Assembly: GCA_001179505.1 (NCBI GenBank)
Contig: CDMY01000446.1
Location: 1-64,000 of the forward strand
Length of the DNA: 64,000 nt
Origin: Vitrella brassicaformis CCMP3155
Lineage: Eukaryota > Protista > Chromerida
Direction: 5' to 3'
The notes below the pieces were generated by a model that saw only the letters and a program-made list of their open reading frames with translations, ran no database searches and was not told where the DNA came from. This document shows, piece after piece, positions 58,074 to 64,000 of the stretch; position 1 is the first letter of the stretch, and every line of letters starts with the position of its first letter. The translations under genes and the position numbers were made by a program.

Positions 58074-59181
58074 ATGGGCAACAGGAGCAGCAGCTCAGGC
58101 GGCGGTCCAGCCACTGTGACGTCAGCAGGCTCCGAGACCGAGATCAAGCTGGTGAGCGACATCACCAGCGAGAGAGTCCGCAGAGGATTCAGACAACACT
58201 GCAACCGGGACGGCAAACTCGACAAGCCCACCTTCAACGCAGCACTGTCCATCCTGGTGGGCGGATGGGTGCATCCTCCCATCACACACGAACGAGATCT
58301 CTCTCTTGCCTTTTGAATGTTTGTGCATCAGGAAGATCTGGGTCTGCGGCGGTTGCGTGAGACTCCCTTGGGCGAGCGGCTGTTCAGCCTGTTCGACAGG
58401 GATGCAAGTTCTGCGGTGGATGAAGAAGAGTTCGTCAAAGGCGTGTCCATCCTGACAAGCGACAGCCAACCGCAGAAGATTGACCGTAGGCAGCCACTGC
58501 ACAGACGGAGTTGATTGAGGCACAGAGTGTCGTCTGTTGTGTGTGCATGGTATTGTGTCAGTGACGTTCCAGGCGTATGACACGCGCAAGGACGGGCGGA
58601 TATCGAAGGCCGATCTGGTGGACATCCTGCAGGCAAGCTGGCTGGCGGCCTTCAGGTGACTCCCCTCCCTCACCCACCCCCTTGCTGACATGCACACGCA
58701 CTTCCCCTGTGTCGTCCCTCCCTTCGTGCAGGTTTCTGGCTGAGAAGCTACGTTCGTCTTCTCATGGGTCGTCTGACGGCAAGCCCTCGTCGAGACAGAT
58801 ACAGGACTTCGCCAAGAAGAACCTCAGCAAATTCAGGGAGGCGACCGAGCGCTCATTTGATCGATACGACCCCTTGCGAACTGGGGTAGGCAAACGAGGC
58901 AAGGCGGACGGGAGACAAACATGGCAGAGGAGGAGAATGATGTGCCTGTATGGGTCTCTCTCTGTAGTACCTGGATCGTGCTGCGTTCGAGCAGTGGGCA
59001 TCCCAGGACCGGACAATCAGCGCCAAGTATGGGAGCCACGCCATGCAGGTGCGTGAGCCAAAGAGGGAGGGAGAAAGCCAACAGGCTGATCGATATCTCC
59101 CCTGTTGTCCTTACTTTGGTGTGCCAGGTAGCTGTGACGTTTCTGAATATCGAGAAGCCGCCTCTGTATCCGAGCCTGTAG
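58074..59181 (+). CDS. N-myristoylated EF-hand calcium sensor (calcineurin B / NCS-like)
   Basis: MGNRSS start; GERLFSLFDRDASSAVDEEEF; FQAYDTRKDGRISKADL; FDRYDPLRTG|YLDRAAF; ends KPPLYPSL*. Confidence 0.82.
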
Positions 59182-59597
59182 TCGGTCGGTCGATCTGTGT
59201 GTCGACTTATGCATTGTATGACGCCATTGTCTCTTGGAGCGTCGTGCCAGACATACATGGCATTCATGTAATATGCGATGAATCCATCAGTCGTCTGTAT
59301 CATATATATGTACACACCTCACTGGTCCACGGTTCGTGTCAAGGAAGGAAGACGTACGCACAGACACCCACGATTGCCAACACACCCACACACACCCAGA
59401 CCCACACACAGCTGCATGCAGACAGGGCTGATCTCCCGGGCTGCATGGCCATGCAATCAGGAGCCGGCAGCAGATGTGTGTGCGCATCGCATCATTCGCG
59501 TGGATGTAGAACACAACACCAACGCACCGACACGATGGAAGTCAGGCCTGACACACTCGCGCGCCCCCACTCGTCTGCGTCGCGGCCGTCACCTCCG

Positions 59598-60460
59598 TCA
59601 AAGTCTCACTGCGCGCACACACATTTACCGCATGCCATGTATGTACTGATGCCTGTCTCCACCTTACCTTCGCAGACGACCTCCGCACCTCGCCCGATGT
59701 CGTATCCTGCGATGGTATGGCTGTCCTTCAGCTGCCTGTCTCCGAAGATGAGGCACTGGTTCTCGATGGGGCCGCCACCCTTGTCCTTGATCTCCGCCTT
59801 GCCACTCGCGATGGTGTCGGTGGGCCACACAAGCAACGGAATACATGAGGGAAGACCGCTGGAAAAAAAGACAAAAGAAACGAACCCACACGTGTATGGG
59901 CGCGCGTCTCAATGGAGCGGCAAGTGATGTCTGCACTCCTCACCACCCCAGACGCAGCACCACGTGGAGTGTGCTCTCCTTCTCGATGTTGCAGTCCGAC
60001 ACAGTGCGGCTGTCCTCCAGCTGCCTGCATTGGAAGATGAGGCGCTGTTCGTCAATGGGGATGCCCTCCTTGGCCTGAATCCTGGCCTTGACGTCCTCGA
60101 TCGTGTCAGCCGGCGCCACGTCCAGTGTTCTGGTCGCCCCTGCATGAAGGAAAGAGAGACACAGGAAGTAAGTATCCTCCAGTAGGCGTGGTGTATGAGG
60201 ATCTATGTGTGTGACCTTGAATCTTGTAGAAGATCTGGTATGTGGGTTGCTGCTCCGTGGCCGAACGCGCAGACACACCTGAACACCGGTGCGACACGAT
60301 GGATGACGCACACCATGCCATGCCACATGGGTGTGGTGTGGTTTGTTTCATTCCCTCTCCTTCCGTATTCGTGTTTACCTGTGTTGATGGCCTTCGGGAG
60401 ACCTGGTTTCTCGTGTGTACTGTGTGTACCACCGAGAAGACGACACTTGACGAAGATCAA
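59598..60460 (-). CDS. Diverged tandem ubiquitin-like protein lacking di-Gly (possibly a pseudogene)
   Basis: QIFYKIQG|[46 protein letters not shown], then a second UBL ([35 protein letters not shown]). Start not resolved. Confidence 0.65.
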
Positions 60461-60751
60461 GATTCTCGATCCTGCGACGATCCTGAACGTGACGTGCAGG
60501 AAGAGGCGGAAAACACGACGCGTTGCACGTTGTGAATCAGCGCGTACTTGACGGTGACCAGTTCTCGGAATCTCTCGTACTGGCGACCTTTGTCTGCAGA
60601 CGCACGAACAACGGGAGAACCCGAACTAAGTCAATCTGCCCTTCTTCATGGTGATTTGCCCTCAACGTTCTTACATCTGCATGCTGGGTCGTCTGCCTCG
60701 AATCGCTCCTCATACTCGTCCGGTACCGTCACTCGTGTATACACCGTCACC

Positions 60752-62198
60752 TCACGCTCGCCCAGCCTGTCCTGCCCCTTGGCCACTCGCGTTCAGCCGC
60801 AGCTCGTCACTCAGCAAATGGCTGTAGAGGCCATACTGCCGAATGCTGGCCGGCCGGCTGTTGAAGACGGCCTTGCTGCCCATGTTCTGCAGGTCCTCAC
60901 CCGCCAGCTGAATGGGCAGCTGCTGCACGTAGCCACCGTGTTTGGCCAGGAGAAGCACCAGCGCATTGCCCCTCCACTTGCTGCCCCCATTCACCAGCAC
61001 GTAGCGCAGCCGAATCAGCTGCGATGGCCGACGAGCGTCGGCCGACTCTCGCAACGGCCGGTAGTCGATGATGCCGGTGAGGGCCTCCTTGTGGATGAGT
61101 CTGTCGATTTCTGGCACGATGGCGTCCGCGACTGCGCTGCCGACCGCCTTGGATGTGCGACAGAGGGCAATAGTGCTGGCCAGCAGGCGTCTTCCACCGA
61201 TGAGGGGAAGCAGGGTGCAGCTGAGGACATCCATGGGAATGGTGTGCAGGCGTGGTGGTGGCGAGGCTGCAGCGTCAGGTGGCACGATACCCCCGTCGTC
61301 AACGCGGCGGCGCTTGGCACCAGCCTCATCCTGAACACATGGCACATCGTAGATCTGACCATCCGGAAAGCGTCGCCATCATTCGTGCGACGTACCTTCT
61401 TGTGTGGATTGATGGTCGTGTGACTCTTCTTGGCATCGGCGTCGGCCTGGCCGATGAACCTGAAGGTCTTGAAATGGCCCTCAAGCTGATCACACACACA
61501 GACAGGGAAAGCCTCACTCATTCATGAGTCGACGGACGGACGATGCGTGTATGTGTACTACGAACCAGCGCTAGGCCATCCAGTCGCTTGTACTCGGCCT
61601 ACAGGTCGTCCAGTGCATCGGATATGCCCTCGACGGCACCCTTCAGTATCGGCATGCGAGTCCCACCAACAGACCCCTACACACACACGCACAACACACA
61701 CATCCAAAGCATGTGAGGGCTCCAAAGCTATGCCTTGACTGGCTGACCTTCTCAACAAGGTATCTGACACAATCAGCCGCCTGCAGCACATACACCGCAC
61801 ACACGACTCATATGACACCACCCCCATCTCCCTCCCTCCCTCTCTGCCTGCCGTCCATGTCCTCTCACCTGCGACTGCAGTGCAGCCAGCTTGTCCTGGA
61901 ACTGCCACAGCTGCTCCACCTCACGAGCGTACATCTGCAGAGGGCACACGTGACATCAGGGGAGCATGTGAGCCCTGACGCATCTTTGGGTTTTGTGGCT
62001 GCATCAGGGCTCACCGCCTGCCCAGCTTCTTCTGTGCCGCTGCGATTGATGAATCGAAACACATTGATATCACCACTACCTGACCAAACGAACGCACACA
62101 TCCGCACCTTATTTCCACACAAGGATTCCCTCCCTCCCACTCCATCAGTCAATCAGCCTACCTGCAGCAGATGACGCCGATGCTGCTGCGCCATTCAT
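60752..62198 (-). CDS. Lineage-specific protein: coiled-coil-like N-terminal exons, NLS-like AKRRRV, F-box-like motif and family domain
   Basis: MNGAAASASSAA..QMYAREVEQLWQFQDKLAALQSQ|AADCVRYLVEK|LEGHFK..|DEAGAKRRRV..RLHTIPMDVLSCTLLPLI..LPIQLAGEDLQNMGSKAVF. The 3' end is uncertain. Confidence 0.55.
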
Positions 62199-62227
62199 GC
62201 TGCGCCCGCCGGACCCTCCAGATCTTG

Positions 62228-62235
62228 AGCTCGCA
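62228..62235 (-). promoter_or_regulatory. TGCGAGCT motif in the last divergent gap
   Basis: AGCTCGCA 30 bp upstream of ATG 62198(-) and ~185 bp from ATG 62420(+). Confidence 0.55.
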
Positions 62236-62419
62236 AAAATGTAAACGGAAGAAGCTGCATTGCTGTGCAAAGGCCGTTTTCCACATTGAGCCTCCGTCGC
62301 ATCGTTACACATCAATACCACACGCGAAGTTTGAGTGATGGAAGAAGCCAGCGAGACGCCGCAGCTGGCTGACGCTGCTTCCTTCGTGTTTCCGTTCCTC
62401 GACGGCAGAGAGCTGCTCA

Positions 62420-64000
62420 ATGGGCCAGACCGAGGTACGCAACGATGATGCGATGCACAGAGAGGGAAGAACGCATTGTAAATGGCGTTGTTTTGCTTGT
62501 CTGTTGTCATCAGACTCATCGAAAGCGCCGCCCATTTCCCCCCACCACACTGCCCCTCGCCCACCTCAAATGCCGTCCAATCCGCATGCTCATCCGCACA
62601 CACCGACACGTACACGCTACTACCCGATAATCAGTACCGAGAGGCGTACTGCCGCGGCAAGAAAATCGAGCCGCTGGGCACGGGTGGCGGTGGTGTGGGT
62701 GTGCTGCGGTGGGGCAAGGCCAAGTGCATGGAAGAGCGGCTCGAGATGGCGCGGAGCCGACCCTCACTCTTCATCTGCGGGAAATATCTCTATGTGTTCG
62801 GTGAGTCATGGAGAAACACGGGGGGTTGGTGCATGCTCCTGGGAGGGTGTGGTAACTCATTGTGGCTGGCGGTGCGTTGGTCCATTGCAGGTGGTGTGAT
62901 TGGTGACGGCAACTACAAGAACGACCTTGGCGGTACCCTCACAACACACACGGACACTCACGTCACACCATCTTATGTGTTCCTCCGTCTGTGTGTCAGT
63001 GTGTCAGTCAAGTCGCTGCTGTCGAGCGGCAAGTACAGCTGGCAGGAGTGTGAGGTCCGCGGCACGCCCCCATACGCATCGGACTCACTCACCCTCACAT
63101 CCATCCACATCCCCTCACCCGACACCCCCACAGCCTCATCGCAGCCCCACCTCCCGCACAGATACTTCGCGTGCGGCGGGCCTCTGTCTTCGGACAACGG
63201 CACGCCCCGTGAGCAGATGTGGGGCGTGTTGGAGATCAGCAAGGAAGAGAAGGAGCAGGAGGGCGAGGGGGCAGGTGGGGCAGAGGGGGCGAGTGAGAGT
63301 GAGCGTGAGATCGAGTATCGCTACCAGTGGGTTTCCAAGCGTGAGCTGAGGGGACAGGAGAACGGTGTGCCGAAGAAACAGAAGACCACTCTGCGGCTCA
63401 AGAGGTGAACCCAGCAGTCATAAGGTGGTCCTCCAGTGTCCATGTGTGTGCATGGCTTGCCATTCTTGTTCCAGGCGCAGGCGCTACTACTTTACTTCCA
63501 CGTTTCTGCCCATCCGGTCGACTGAGCACCCCGAAGGCTACGTCTTCATCTTCGGTGGCCGAGCCGACTTTCTCGACCCGGACGACATGAGGTGGGCTAA
63601 TGATGTCATGCCGATGTCGACGATTGCTGATGCAGCGACATGGTCATTGGACGGGTATGCAACCGCACACGAGATATCTAGTCGGGTGGGGCCCCACCTT
63701 GTCTTTTTTTTCTTTTCCTCCTGGCTAGGAGTGACCCTGTGTTTGGTGAGGGACCGGACGGCCGTCTGAATCACACGGCCACCCTCGTCAAGGATCGCTA
63801 CGTCTTCATCATCGGCGGACTCCAAGAGGGTAAGCCGAACCAACTTCCTGATGAGCATTGGTGTGATGGTCGGTTTGAACGATGCAGGCGCGCGTTTCGA
63901 GGGCCTGCATCGGGCCAGGTATTTCGATGCGGGCCTCGACATACTCGACGGCAACACCAAAACGTACGGGCGTGAGCCGTCAAGCCACTTCACTTCATTT
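62420..64000 (+). CDS. Kelch-repeat protein, runs off the window end
   Basis: ARSRPSLFICGKYLYVFG, YVFIFGG, PDGRLNHTATLVKDRYVFIIGG. Confidence 0.75.

Noticed and set aside
9026-59181. Calcium-signalling gene cluster (CDPK, PKD2, EF-hand sensor)
   Set aside because: The genes are tens of kb apart among unrelated genes, and such genes are common in alveolates.
1-64000. CRISPR array, or bacterial contamination suggested by HslU, SBP3, NmrA and HNH
   Set aside because: No regularly spaced repeat-spacer array. All these genes carry spliceosomal introns and host-type microsatellites.
1-64000. Many long antisense or overlapping ORFs in the six-frame track (e.g. 40528-41685+, 52385-53305-, 8374-9204+)
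   Set aside because: Expected shadow ORFs in GC-rich coding DNA; they lack motifs and consistent splice patterns.

Overview
Gene-dense, GC-rich, intron-rich eukaryotic nuclear DNA. It has many short GT-AG introns with (GT)n/(GACA)n microsatellites. Gene content (heptatricopeptide-repeat protein, CDPK, ISP-like PH protein, mitochondrial HslU, a bipartite plastid-type leader) points to a myzozoan alveolate, most likely a chromerid such as Vitrella; this is an inference, not a database match. Gene models were spliced by eye, so exon boundaries are approximate. Recognisable genes: CKS1, CDPK, NmrA-like SDR, eIF5B, a truncated CCA-adding enzyme, a PKD2-like channel, RPS6, an LZTR1-like Kelch-BTB protein, HslU, an EF-hand calcium sensor, a degenerate tandem ubiquitin-like gene and a Kelch protein, plus lineage-specific ankyrin-like and F-box-like genes. 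Main unexplained signals: (1) the 8-mer TGCGAGCT lies in all 7 head-to-head intergenic gaps; (2) two copies of a ~2.1-kb gene-carrying segment each sit inside a divergent gene pair, next to that motif, and end in a telomere-unit hairpin; (3) a phage-like tandem NUMOD4-HNH endonuclease has a spliceosomal intron and a mitochondrial-presequence-like N-terminus; (4) a secreted chimera joins RGG, Tyr/Trp-rich, knottin and bacterial SBP3 parts, with apparent circular permutation and PEXEL-like sites; (5) a 72-nt tRNA-like relic. No CRISPR array or rRNA gene was seen.
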